Below are positions 37,155 to 47,105 of a stretch of DNA of 64,000 nt, in pieces. A program made the position numbers and the translations under genes. How positions within the stretch are numbered: the stretch's first letter is position 1; each line of letters opens with the position of its first letter. The stretch comes from Patescibacteria group bacterium (GTDB taxonomy: Bacteria > Patescibacteriota > Microgenomatia > UBA8517): contig DATFUL010000003.1 of the NCBI GenBank assembly GCA_035260845.1, forward strand, positions 11,067 to 75,066, given 5' to 3'. The notes beneath the pieces were generated by a model that saw nothing but the letters and a program-made list of their open reading frames with translations, had not been told where the DNA came from and made no database searches.

Positions 37155-37935
37155 TTTGTTTCAATATGATTTTGTTATTCGCGGCCTAACTGCGGGCCTT
37201 ATTATTGCAATCATTGCCCCAATTGTTGGTATTTTCTTAGTATTAAGGCGCTATTCACTTATTGCAGATACTCTTTCTCATGTATCTTTGGCTGGAATTG
37301 CTTTTGGTCTCCTTTTGGGCTTTAACCCACTTTTAACTGCAATAGGGGCCACCACAGTCTCTTCAATTGCAATTGAAAGGCTAAGGCTTTCCAAAAAAGT
37401 TTATGGTGAAAGTGCACTCGCATTATTTTTATCTGGAAGTTTGGCGGTTGCAGTAATTTTGATTAGTATTTCGCACGGATTTAATTCGACTCTGTTCAAC
37501 TACCTATTTGGCAGTATCGCGACTGTTACTCAAAATGATATCTATACAGTACTTATTTTGGGCATAATTGTTGTGGTATCCATTGTAATTCTCTACAAAA
37601 AACTACTTTTTATTACTTTTGATGAAGATGCCGCAAAAGTCGATGGTATAAATGTTAGTTTAATAAACACAATCTTTATAATTTTAGCTGCCATAACAAT
37701 TTCGCTTGCAATTCCAATTGTAGGAATTTTACTCATTTCGGCACTTCTTATTATTCCTGTTCTTACAGCACTTCAATTCAAGAAATCATTTATTCCAACA
37801 ATTTTAATTGCCCAGGCAGTATCAGTTTTTTCTGTAATCACCGGAGTTGTTGTTTCATTTTACTTTGACCTTGCCCCAGGCGGAACCATTGTTTTACTTA
37901 ATTTGATTATCTTTTTAATCATTAGTATTTTCTAA
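37147..37935 (+). CDS. znuB: Zinc ABC transporter permease
   Basis: DTLSHVSLAG, YLFGSI, FDE, VGILLISALL; multiple TM helices. Confidence 0.92.
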   Translation: MINLFQYDFVIRGLTAGLIIAIIAPIVGIFLVLRRYSLIADTLSHVSLAGIAFGLLLGFNPLLTAIGATTVSSIAIERLRLSKKVYGESALALFLSGSLAVAVILISISHGFNSTLFNYLFGSIATVTQNDIYTVLILGIIVVVSIVILYKKLLFITFDEDAAKVDGINVSLINTIFIILAAITISLAIPIVGILLISALLIIPVLTALQFKKSFIPTILIAQAVSVFSVITGVVVSFYFDLAPGGTIVLLNLIIFLIISIF

Positions 37936-37936
37936 A

Positions 37937-39049
37937 ATGAAAAAGCTTCTAGCTGTGTTTTTGTTTTTAATAGCATTGTTTTTCAATTCCACCAACATTG
38001 TCCGGGCGGAGGATGAATTCTTCAAAGCAAAAGTCACGGCAATAACAAATCAAGGACAAATAATAAATGATTCCGGAACCTTTCTCTACCAAGAAATAAA
38101 TTTAAAAGCCCTTGATGGTGGTTTAAAAGATAAAACAATTAATATTTCTTATGGAAAAGACACAAACCTGACTGCGGCCCAATTATTAAATGTTGGTGAT
38201 ATCGTAGTAGTTGATAAAACCATGGGCTCGAATGGAAGTAACATATACCAAATTACCGATAGATATAGATTAAATTCAGTTGTTCCAATACTAATTTTCT
38301 TCTTCCTAATTGTCATTGGTTTAAGCCAACTAAAAGGCGTTGGGTCAATTTTGGGAATGTTCATTAGCCTTGGAGTAATAATTGGTTATATTGTTCCACA
38401 GATTTTAAAAGGCCAAAACCCACTAATGGTAAGTGTCGTGGGATGCCTTTTTATCATGATTACTACTATATATTTAGCACACGGTTTTTCTAGAAAGACT
38501 ACTATTGCTGTAATTTCTACATTCCTAACTTTGGTTGGAACTGCAATCCTTGCTTCATTGTTTGTAAAGATGACTTTTTTGACTGGTCTTGGTAACGATG
38601 ACGCATCTTCTTTAAGGTTCGGTTTAACTACAGCAAACATAGATTTTAGAGGACTTTTATTGGGCGGAATTTTAATAGGAACTTTGGGGGTTCTTGATGA
38701 TGTTACAACTGGGTTATCTGCTTCTATTTATGAACTTATTAAGGTAAATCCCAAAATAAAATTTACTGAGCTATTTAAGTCCGGTCTTGCTATAGGCAAA
38801 GAGCATATTTCTTCTCTTGTTAACACACTTGTTCTTGCTTATGCAGGGGCGTCGCTACCTATATTTATAATTATTATTCTTAATCCAAACCACTACCCAC
38901 TTTGGCTAATATTAAATGATGGGCTTATTATAGAAGAGGTTGTAAGGACGCTTGCAGGAAGTATTGGTTTGGTAGCCGCGGTTCCATTAACAACTCTTAT
39001 GGCCGCATTTTATTTTGCCAAAATCCGCCGCCCAACTCTTTCTGAATAA
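37937..39049 (+). CDS. YibE/F family membrane protein
   Basis: Signal peptide, ITDRYR, IGTLGVLDDV, HISSLVNTLVLAYAGASLP, GSIGLVAAVPLTT. Confidence 0.9.
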   Translation: MKKLLAVFLFLIALFFNSTNIVRAEDEFFKAKVTAITNQGQIINDSGTFLYQEINLKALDGGLKDKTINISYGKDTNLTAAQLLNVGDIVVVDKTMGSNGSNIYQITDRYRLNSVVPILIFFFLIVIGLSQLKGVGSILGMFISLGVIIGYIVPQILKGQNPLMVSVVGCLFIMITTIYLAHGFSRKTTIAVISTFLTLVGTAILASLFVKMTFLTGLGNDDASSLRFGLTTANIDFRGLLLGGILIGTLGVLDDVTTGLSASIYELIKVNPKIKFTELFKSGLAIGKEHISSLVNTLVLAYAGASLPIFIIIILNPNHYPLWLILNDGLIIEEVVRTLAGSIGLVAAVPLTTLMAAFYFAKIRRPTLSE

Positions 39050-39558
39050 ATTTTCCTTTCAATTACTTCTTCCAAAACTTCATCGGGATTTGGTAAGGTT
39101 TGTCCATGCGGCCAATAACCCATGATCCTTAAAAGATTTGTAACAAAATTAAGCCTTAGTTCTTTTAATTTATTTTCTGTTTTCAATTTATTAAGTGAGG
39201 ATAGAATTAAATTAAAAAGCTCGTGATTTTGCTCGTTTTCGTGAGTAATTTTGCCAACTACCTCCATAAGGTAGTAGGCGAGCGTAATTTTAGGCAGGCT
39301 ATTCCTTATCTCCTTAAAATCATCAGATATGTCTGCTTCAGTTAACATGTCTAGCCCATGCCCCGAATTTGCTTGAAATTTAACTAAAGAAAAAACTTCT
39401 AAATGCCCGCGCTTTTTACTTTTTGGCCGTCTTATCCCCTTGGCGATTAAACTAATTCTGCCACGATCACTGGAATAAATAGAAAGAATTCTATCGGCTT
39501 CTCCATAATTTTTACGCCCAAGTACAATTCCGAGGGAAGAATATGAATGAGGTGTCAT
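39010..39558 (-). CDS. recO: DNA repair protein RecO (short, no Zn finger)
   Basis: GIVL..YGEADRI, G.I..IAKGIRRPKSK, GYWP. Confidence 0.9.
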   Translation of the reverse strand: MTPHSYSSLGIVLGRKNYGEADRILSIYSSDRGRISLIAKGIRRPKSKKRGHLEVFSLVKFQANSGHGLDMLTEADISDDFKEIRNSLPKITLAYYLMEVVGKITHENEQNHELFNLILSSLNKLKTENKLKELRLNFVTNLLRIMGYWPHGQTLPNPDEVLEEVIERKIYSERVGRRILAK

Positions 39559-39564
39559 TCGCTA

Positions 39565-39604
39565 ATTCTAACATCTAGGTTTTATTTTGAGTATTTGGTA
39601 AAAT
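39565..39604. promoter_or_regulatory. Divergent extended -10 promoters (recO / hypothetical gene)
   Basis: Minus strand: TGTTAGAAT 6 nt before the recO ATG. Plus strand: TGGTAAAAT 7 nt before ATG 39612. Confidence 0.6.
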
Positions 39605-39611
39605 ACTGACC

Positions 39612-39977
39612 ATGAATGCAGAACACTTTGAGACTAACGATGAGGATCCAATTTATAATATAGGGGACCAGATAGTGAATAAAATAATAGATTCTTTCTC
39701 ATTAAATGCATCTCGAAACAAGGAATTCGCTGAAATGATATCAATCGAATATGCTCAATATACAAAGACATTGTTATTGTACGAGGATATCACAGGAACC
39801 GAGATACAAGAGTACGTGGTGTGGTCCCGCGCCATGAGCGATGCAGTAGATGGAAATTGGACACAGATGCAAAGGATTTTAAACAATCTTGGCAACGATT
39901 TCGTTACAGGTGAGAATCATAAAATACAAGATGAAGAGTTTGGAACCTCTTTAATTAACCTTTCCCGATCACTTTAA
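39612..39977 (+). CDS. Hypothetical acidic protein
   Basis: 121-aa ORF filling the intergenic space, with its own -10 box; no motif recognised. Confidence 0.55.
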   Translation: MNAEHFETNDEDPIYNIGDQIVNKIIDSFSLNASRNKEFAEMISIEYAQYTKTLLLYEDITGTEIQEYVVWSRAMSDAVDGNWTQMQRILNNLGNDFVTGENHKIQDEEFGTSLINLSRSL

Positions 39978-39984
39978 AGTTAAA

Positions 39985-41988
39985 TCAGAGCCCTATTTTA
40001 ACTTCTTTATCTGTCTTTAGATAGAACTCCTGCTGGGTACGCCCCACTTTAACTGTATAAAGATAATCGTTGGCACCAGGTTGTTTTTGAATCAAAAGTT
40101 TGTATTGACCTTTAACCTTGAACGGCAATTTGTATTGAATAGTGACTTTAGCCAGGCCTTCTGGTCTAAGTTGGAAATACCCCGCAAAAACAGTTTTACC
40201 CAAGTCTTCATATGGATCAGCTTTCGTTTCCACTCCGTCCATGGCAACAAGTGTGCTTCCTTTGGGTACATAAACACGAACCCAGGTTGGTAAGACCGAA
40301 TTAAGCCAGCCATCTTGTTTTTCTGGATTTTTATAAGTAATTACTAAAGTTTTAGTTACAGTTCCATCTCCGGCAATTTTTATATCCTGTTCCACATCTT
40401 CAGTTGAATAAAGATTGGATTTACGTCCTCCTAAATTGGCATCATTTATGTGTAAATAATCACCGTCATAATCTTTGATTACTCCACCAATTCCAAAGTC
40501 TGTGACAGCCTTTTGAACTTTGGGATCATTAATATAAAACAAAACATCTTTTTCCATTACAGAATTAAACACGGCCGAGAAAAGTGCTGCTAATTTTTCT
40601 TTCGGCTGCCCCATTGCATTTGCCAAAATAGAGTTCATTAGGGGTCCAATTATTTTCTTTCTATTTTCAGAGTTTGCGGGGCGCTGAATAATCTTACCTG
40701 TTAATGGATCCCATATAATTGGACCCTCAACGTCTGCATATGCCTCAAGCGCATGAATTACCTGGGAACAATTACACTGCGGGTCAATCGCTGTACTAAA
40801 ATTACCAAATCCGGGAACACCAATCGGCCCGATTACGCTTAACAAGTTATCAAGAACTTTTGTATCAACTGCAATTATGCCATCAATATTCTTGACACCA
40901 ACTTGGGACAAGACCGGAGAAACCATTTCCATACTTTTGGTAAAGTCTGGTGACCAATTCATATCTCTTAAACGCAAATTCTGAGATAAAACGTATGGAC
41001 CTTTTATGTATTTAATAATTGGGTCTGGGGCTTTAATGCTTGGCTTATACTTTGCATCTAAATTATAGATGTCATCGCTTAATGTTGGGTTAAATTTGGC
41101 TTTATCCACCTTCATAATGGCATAGGCCGTCATAAACCCTCCAGTCGGCCTAAGTTCTTTATCGTTTTGGAAAAGGACAAAGTAAGTTCGAGGCGAGTCC
41201 ATTCCAAGAAGGTAGGGTGCATTTTCTATTAAAGGCTTACCATTAACCAAGAGGTTCGAGGTTTCATCAATCAAATCTTGTGCAAGTTTGATATTGCTTC
41301 TTATTTTCTTTCCCTTAATCTCTTCCGGGTACCTTTCTGCTTTAATTTGAGATGTTTCACTTTCCATGACCTTCATCTTTCCGGAAATATTATCTATTTG
41401 AGGAAGAAGGCTTGGCAAACTCTTAACTATAAAGTCAATTCTGTCTTGAGCAGTTTTTGCACCATCCGCTGCTGGAGCTGCCTGTTGACCATTTGTTCCT
41501 TTAAGTCCTAAGAGATCTGAGTATGGCTCTATTGTTGTTATAACAATTTGCCCGGCGTCCATACCGGCTTGTGCTGCGTTAACTGCGTGGCCAAGATCAG
41601 AAACATAACCACCAAAATATGGAATTATTCTAGTCCAGGAAAGTAAAATGTATGACGTCTTAAAGTCAGAGAGGGCTTTACTGGTTGATGTGATTTGGGT
41701 TTTTATCTGAGATAAATCTTGTGATTTGGCGGAAGATTCCAGATTTTTAATCGATTTATACAAAACAAGGCCTTTTTGATATGTTAAAAATGCAGGGATT
41801 CCTACAGCAACTAAAAGTATCAAAATAAAAGCCATAATGCCTACTCCCACCCTAAGGAAAGCACTAGTAGGGTTTTTTACTTCTTCTCTTGCCTCCATGG
41901 CTTCCGGGGCCCCTGCATCTACTTCAATCTTAGGAATCAAAACTGAATCAGGCTCAATTTGAGGAATATTAATTTCGTCGACAGTCAT
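39985..41988 (-). CDS. DUF4012 domain membrane-anchored protein
   Basis: TM helix and helical stalk, then YFVLFQNDKELRPTGGF, RDMNWSPDF, DGIIAVD, RKK, ANLGG.KSN, VRVYVPKGS, QKQPG. Confidence 0.88.
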   Translation of the reverse strand: MTVDEINIPQIEPDSVLIPKIEVDAGAPEAMEAREEVKNPTSAFLRVGVGIMAFILILLVAVGIPAFLTYQKGLVLYKSIKNLESSAKSQDLSQIKTQITSTSKALSDFKTSYILLSWTRIIPYFGGYVSDLGHAVNAAQAGMDAGQIVITTIEPYSDLLGLKGTNGQQAAPAADGAKTAQDRIDFIVKSLPSLLPQIDNISGKMKVMESETSQIKAERYPEEIKGKKIRSNIKLAQDLIDETSNLLVNGKPLIENAPYLLGMDSPRTYFVLFQNDKELRPTGGFMTAYAIMKVDKAKFNPTLSDDIYNLDAKYKPSIKAPDPIIKYIKGPYVLSQNLRLRDMNWSPDFTKSMEMVSPVLSQVGVKNIDGIIAVDTKVLDNLLSVIGPIGVPGFGNFSTAIDPQCNCSQVIHALEAYADVEGPIIWDPLTGKIIQRPANSENRKKIIGPLMNSILANAMGQPKEKLAALFSAVFNSVMEKDVLFYINDPKVQKAVTDFGIGGVIKDYDGDYLHINDANLGGRKSNLYSTEDVEQDIKIAGDGTVTKTLVITYKNPEKQDGWLNSVLPTWVRVYVPKGSTLVAMDGVETKADPYEDLGKTVFAGYFQLRPEGLAKVTIQYKLPFKVKGQYKLLIQKQPGANDYLYTVKVGRTQQEFYLKTDKEVKIGL

Positions 41989-42009
41989 ACAGTAAATAGT
42001 ATCACAAAA

Positions 42010-42657
42010 TTATACAGCGTTCTTTCCACTAATCATTACGAACGGAGTTTTGGCGATTATCATTAGATCCATTAAAAGCGATTTCTTACGGGCATAGTTT
42101 GCATCCATTTCGATACGTTTATCAAAATTTATGCTGCTCCTTCCGGAAACCTGCCAAAAACCGGTAATACCTGGCTTAACAGTCTGGGTTTCTTTGACAT
42201 ATTTAGCAGTATTTGGATAAACTTTTTGCTGTTCTTCAAGCTCAAGTGCGTGATATGGCCTGGGACCCACAAGACTCATGTCCCCCTTAAGAACATTAAA
42301 AAGTTGAGGCATTTCGTCGATGGAAAACTTTCTTATAAATTTACCAAATTTGGTAACTCTGGGGTCTTCATGCAGTTTAAAATTAGACCTCTTCCATTCT
42401 GTATAAAGCTTTTTAAATTTTGGGTCCCGTGTTAATACTGAGTCTGAATAAACTGGCATAGACCTAAATTTAAAAAGTCTAAAGATTTTGCCATTTTTAC
42501 CAATTCGTCTCATGTGTGAGTTTCCCGGCTCAACCAATACCGGTCCGGGAGCTGTGATTTTAATAATAATTGCTGTAAGAAGCATTACAGGTAAAAATAA
42601 AATAATTAGGAAAAGAGAGGTGGCAACATCAATTATGCGTTTTAAAAAATCATACAT
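42010..42657 (-). CDS. Priming sugar-phosphate transferase (small monotopic PGT, Bac_transf family)
   Basis: KRIIDV, FKFRSM, DPRVTKFGKFIRK.SIDEMPQL.NVLKGDMSLVGPRP, KPGITGFWQV. Confidence 0.95.
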   Translation of the reverse strand: MYDFLKRIIDVATSLFLIILFLPVMLLTAIIIKITAPGPVLVEPGNSHMRRIGKNGKIFRLFKFRSMPVYSDSVLTRDPKFKKLYTEWKRSNFKLHEDPRVTKFGKFIRKFSIDEMPQLFNVLKGDMSLVGPRPYHALELEEQQKVYPNTAKYVKETQTVKPGITGFWQVSGRSSINFDKRIEMDANYARKKSLLMDLMIIAKTPFVMISGKNAV

Positions 42658-42664
42658 ATAATTT

Positions 42665-43807
42665 CTAGAGGAGATCTGTTCTTTTTTCCGCCTTTAACTT
42701 TTCTACAATCTTTTTAACATCCTGTGCGTGGCTTTTTGACATAACCAATAGAGCCTCTTTTGTATCTACAATAACAAGATTATCTACATCAATAACTGCA
42801 ACAAGCCTACCATCTGTGTGGATTAAAGCATCTGTTGTATCAATATTGACTACTTCTCCACCTTCCTCTTCACCTGAAATTATTACATTCCCCTGACTAT
42901 CCTTAGGAAGATTTTTCCAAACCTCATTCCAGTCTCCAATGTCAGTCCAATTATAATCAGCCAAAATCATAAAGAAATTATTTGCTTTTTCTGAAACTGC
43001 ATAATCAACTGATATTTTTTCAAATTTTTTATACTCGCGCATCATCGTTTCAGATAAAGTTGGTTTTCCAATGTGATTAGCTATATCTTTCATACCTTTT
43101 GACAAAATGGGTGCATATTTTTCGATTGCAGAAAGAAAGGCATCTGCTCTCCAAACATAATGGTTGGCATTCCAAAAATATTCTCCTGAGTCTGTAAATT
43201 TTTTAGCTAATTCTATCGGTGGCTTCTCTACAAACTTATCTAATTTAAAAACAAATCTACCCTCAGAAACATCTACTTTTTCACCTTTTTTAAGATGCCC
43301 CATTCCTGTATGTGGATATAAAGGTTTTATTCCGATTGACATTAAACATTTGTTTTCAAACGCATATTTAGAAGCTGCGAACATGGTTTTTTCATAATTA
43401 AGTTGAGGGCTTACAAAATGGTCTGAAGCGGCGTTTATTATAACCGCATCAGGATCCTTATTGAGGATAAAAGTTGCTCCAAGTGCGTGAGCGGCAGCAC
43501 TGTCTTTTCTTTCCGGCTCAACCAATACGTTTTCCTTTGGAATTTTTGGGAGAAGTTCTTTAATTTTATCACCATAGGATTTAGTTGTTGTTACAACAAA
43601 TATTTTTTCCCACGGGAGCATTTTACTTAAACGTTCGCCTGTAATTTCTGTCAAAGTCTTACCACCAAATATCTTTAAAAATTGCTTAGGAGTTTTTTCA
43701 AGAGACTTTGGCCAAAGACGCGTGCCTCCGCCTCCTGCCAAAATTAGTGCGTACAAGTGCTTCTTGTAATTGTCTTTTGAAAATCGTTTTAGAAAACTTT
43801 CGAGCAT
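42665..43807 (-). CDS. manC: Mannose-1-phosphate guanylyltransferase (no PMI domain)
   Basis: ILAGGGGTRLWP, PKQF, EP..D.A.A, SDH, FVEKP, ISVDYAV.EK, WTDIGDW. The start position is uncertain. Confidence 0.9.
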   Translation of the reverse strand: MLESFLKRFSKDNYKKHLYALILAGGGGTRLWPKSLEKTPKQFLKIFGGKTLTEITGERLSKMLPWEKIFVVTTTKSYGDKIKELLPKIPKENVLVEPERKDSAAAHALGATFILNKDPDAVIINAASDHFVSPQLNYEKTMFAASKYAFENKCLMSIGIKPLYPHTGMGHLKKGEKVDVSEGRFVFKLDKFVEKPPIELAKKFTDSGEYFWNANHYVWRADAFLSAIEKYAPILSKGMKDIANHIGKPTLSETMMREYKKFEKISVDYAVSEKANNFFMILADYNWTDIGDWNEVWKNLPKDSQGNVIISGEEEGGEVVNIDTTDALIHTDGRLVAVIDVDNLVIVDTKEALLVMSKSHAQDVKKIVEKLKAEKRTDLL

Positions 43808-44825
43808 TTGTTCTTAATATTCTCTCACTAAATCGCATTTTAGCAAACTTTTCAACTCCCTGCATTAAACTTTTCACAGTCTGAGATTTGAATAGAACTC
43901 CAGTTTTACCATCTACAACCGTATCTAATGCTCCACCTTTTTTATAAGCTATAACAGGTACAGACCTTCCTTGAGCTTCGACTGCAACAATGCCAAAATC
44001 CTCTTCCTGGGGCATAATGAGTGCGATTGCATGTCGATAGTATTCAGATAGCCTTTTTTCAGAAACTTTACCAACAAATTTTATATTAGGCTTTGCAATC
44101 TTCATCAATTTCTTTTTCTCTCTTCCGGCTCCAACGATAACTAGCGGATCTTGAAGTTTATTGAAGGCCTTAATTGCTAGATCAACTTTCTTATAACCAT
44201 AATCTAATCTTGATACTAACAAGTAGTATTTTTTGGATTTTGACTTACGAGCGACTACTTCTACTGGTGGAAATATTATTTCTGAATCTCTTTTATAATA
44301 TTTACTTATCCGTTTTTGAACCTCAGTTGAAATTGCAATGATTTTATCGGGCCGACCCGCAGCTTTTTTATCCCACCATTTTAGATAACTGACAATTGGC
44401 TTAGTGACAGCTTTAAAGGCGGGGTCTTTAAAGTATTCATCGTAATGGCTCCACAAATACCGTGTCGGTGTCAGGCAATAACAAATATGGACTGTACCTG
44501 GTTTTATTTTGATGCCTTTTGCCGCTTCCGAAGTTACTGAAATAACTAAATCAAAATCTGAGAAATCAAACGATTCAAATGCGAATGACATAAAAGTGGC
44601 TAAAAATTCATGGTTGTTTTTGGCAAAAGGAATATTTTGCAAAAATGAAGTTTTTATACTGGGAAAAACTTTTGCCCATTTTGCTTGTTTTGAGTCATAT
44701 ACCGAAGTATAAAGAGGGGCTTCGGGAAACATTTCATGGATCGCTAGAAGAACACGTTCAGCGCCACCCCATTTATTTACCCGATCGTAGACTATCGCTA
44801 CTTTCTTTTTTAATTGCTTCTGCAT
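43698..44825 (-). CDS. Glycosyltransferase family 4
   Basis: GGAERVL, YCLTPTRYLW, EDFGIVAVEAQ (EX7E). Confidence 0.92.
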   Translation of the reverse strand: MQKQLKKKVAIVYDRVNKWGGAERVLLAIHEMFPEAPLYTSVYDSKQAKWAKVFPSIKTSFLQNIPFAKNNHEFLATFMSFAFESFDFSDFDLVISVTSEAAKGIKIKPGTVHICYCLTPTRYLWSHYDEYFKDPAFKAVTKPIVSYLKWWDKKAAGRPDKIIAISTEVQKRISKYYKRDSEIIFPPVEVVARKSKSKKYYLLVSRLDYGYKKVDLAIKAFNKLQDPLVIVGAGREKKKLMKIAKPNIKFVGKVSEKRLSEYYRHAIALIMPQEEDFGIVAVEAQGRSVPVIAYKKGGALDTVVDGKTGVLFKSQTVKSLMQGVEKFAKMRFSERILRTNARKFSKTIFKRQLQEALVRTNFGRRRRHASLAKVS

Positions 44826-45912
44826 ATATATCTAGAGTTTCTTTGGCCATTTTAGCCCAAGAATATTTTTTTACAAATTTTTGCCCCTCCAAAATTTTAT
44901 TTTTTCTTTCATTTGGATTCATTTCTATAGCAGCTTTCATTATTTTCTCGATTGAAGAAAAGTCTAATTGATTAAAATATAGAGCGTGATTAGTGTAGAT
45001 TTCCTTAAAAACAGGAATCTCTGATGCAAGTACTAATGCACCAGCATTCATGGCTTCAAGTCCAGGAAGACCAAATCCTTCAGAAAGAGATGGAAATACA
45101 AACCCTAATGATTTTTGATACAACCCACCAAGTTCATTGTCTGGTACAAATCCAACAAGTTTAACCAAAACCTCAGCCTTCAAGTCAGCTACTATTTTTT
45201 CAAGCCTTTTTGTAAAAACATTTCTGGCAGATGCAATCACTAAAATTATCTTTTTATCACGATTAGTATTCAAAAGTACCAGGGCCTGAATCAATCTTTT
45301 TAAGTTTTTGTGGGGATAAGCATTACCCGTATAAACAAAATAGGGATTTTCAAATTTAAGATTATTTGAAGAAGATATATTGTTATCGAGCCCTTCGTAA
45401 GTCACAGTGATTTTGTTTTGTGTCGTCGGATATTTTTTAACTAGCTCACTTTTTATTGCATGGCTGGGAACTATAATCCTAATGGATTTATTAACAGCTG
45501 TATCAAAAACTAAACGATATGCCGATCTTTTAATAAAATATATTGGAGCGGGTAGTGTTGTTGCCAACATCCCAGACTGCGTATGCATCAAAAGATCGTG
45601 AATCGTAACTACATAAGGCCCTTTGTAAAAAATAGGGACATTGAAATGGGGGAAATGAACCAAATCTGGGTTTTGATTTTTAATAAGACCTGGAAGAATA
45701 AATTGTTCCTGAAAGCTATAATGCCTAAAGTCTGCAAGAATTTTCTGCCAATTACTTGGTAATATTAATGAATCAAAATATTTTTTGCGTAGAAGTATTA
45801 CGTACTGAGTAGTTGTATCAGTTTTTGATAATTCAAGAATTAAATTATTTAGATATCTTCCTAAGCCAGCATTCTCAAGTCCATAAAGACGTGCGTCAAT
45901 TAATAGTCTCAT
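44773..45912 (-). CDS. Glycosyltransferase family 4 (mannosyltransferase-like)
   Basis: IDAR, GLGRY, TIHDL, PHKN, EGFGLPGLEAM. Confidence 0.92.
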   Translation of the reverse strand: MRLLIDARLYGLENAGLGRYLNNLILELSKTDTTTQYVILLRKKYFDSLILPSNWQKILADFRHYSFQEQFILPGLIKNQNPDLVHFPHFNVPIFYKGPYVVTIHDLLMHTQSGMLATTLPAPIYFIKRSAYRLVFDTAVNKSIRIIVPSHAIKSELVKKYPTTQNKITVTYEGLDNNISSSNNLKFENPYFVYTGNAYPHKNLKRLIQALVLLNTNRDKKIILVIASARNVFTKRLEKIVADLKAEVLVKLVGFVPDNELGGLYQKSLGFVFPSLSEGFGLPGLEAMNAGALVLASEIPVFKEIYTNHALYFNQLDFSSIEKIMKAAIEMNPNERKNKILEGQKFVKKYSWAKMAKETLDIYAEAIKKESSDSLRSGK

Positions 45913-47105
45913 CTTTGCGTATTTAAATAAATTTTATCAAGATATTCACTCATTTTGTCCCAACTGTAATTTTCCTCAACCAACTTTCGCGCATTTTCGG
46001 CAATCCGTTTTGCTTTTTTTGGATCGAGTAATATATCGACAACCCCATCTGCTAATAATTTTGGGGTGTCTCGGACAATAATGTTTAGGCCGTCCTTTGC
46101 TCCCAAACCTTCTGCACCAACTGAAGTGGTTATAAGAGGAAGTTTAGAAGCCATTGCAGCAAAATGTTTTAATCTGGTTCCTCCAGGCCCCTGTAGTGGT
46201 GAAACAAAAACAGAAGATTCGTAATAACATTTACGGATACTCTCCTGGTCATCTTCTTTTAAACTGTCAATAATAATATTTTTTGATCTAAATTTTGAAA
46301 TCTCTTCTGGAATAAACTGGCCAACAATCCATAATTTTGCAGTTTTATTTTTTTCTCGAATAAGTGGAAAGACTTTGTTCAAAAGTAGTTCAGCAGCTTC
46401 AACGTTTTGTAGCCACTTAAAATTTGCAACAAAAAGTATTTTTGGAATTTTATTATTCCAATTTTCTTTTTGTTTAAAAAAATCAAGGTTTACCCCGTTA
46501 GGAACCAGGCCCACATCAAGATTTGGAGCAAGCTTAATCATTTCTTTTTTATCAGCCGCCGATACAGCAACAACCCCATCAGCTTTTTTCCAAAATCTGG
46601 TTTCCCAAAAACGCAACTTTGCAACATCAATCGATAGAACTAATTTCAAAAATGGATTTTTCAGACTTTCAACATAGTGTTTGTAAACCAAATATTCGAT
46701 TGTTTGTTCGACAAGAAGAATTGGGATTTTTGTGTCTGGAATATGAGGCATTACATAAAATGTCTCGGCATGAATTAAATCATACTTATTTATCTTGATT
46801 TCTTCCTTAACAGCTTTTTTTTCTTGAGACGACAGGTTACGGATTACCAAAAATGGATAAGGACCAAATCCAGTCAAAAGTATGTTCCGCAAAGTCCAAG
46901 GTGACTTTGATCTTTTAAAAACCATCACTTTTTTGCAATACTTCTCAAGTTCCACAACAAAACGTTTTTCGGAACTATCTTTTATTAAAGAGAAAAGTGT
47001 GATCTCGTGCTTCTTACTTAAATCACGTATTAAATTATATGAACGGATTTGTCCGCCTGAAGAGTCAGGAAATGGCAAATATGGGGTTAACATTAATATC
47101 TTCAT
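45909..47105 (-). CDS. Glycosyltransferase family 4
   Basis: PYLPFP.SGGQIR, VPNGV, GGTRLK..AMA..P, YSW. Confidence 0.9.
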   Translation of the reverse strand: MKILMLTPYLPFPDSSGGQIRSYNLIRDLSKKHEITLFSLIKDSSEKRFVVELEKYCKKVMVFKRSKSPWTLRNILLTGFGPYPFLVIRNLSSQEKKAVKEEIKINKYDLIHAETFYVMPHIPDTKIPILLVEQTIEYLVYKHYVESLKNPFLKLVLSIDVAKLRFWETRFWKKADGVVAVSAADKKEMIKLAPNLDVGLVPNGVNLDFFKQKENWNNKIPKILFVANFKWLQNVEAAELLLNKVFPLIREKNKTAKLWIVGQFIPEEISKFRSKNIIIDSLKEDDQESIRKCYYESSVFVSPLQGPGGTRLKHFAAMASKLPLITTSVGAEGLGAKDGLNIIVRDTPKLLADGVVDILLDPKKAKRIAENARKLVEENYSWDKMSEYLDKIYLNTQR

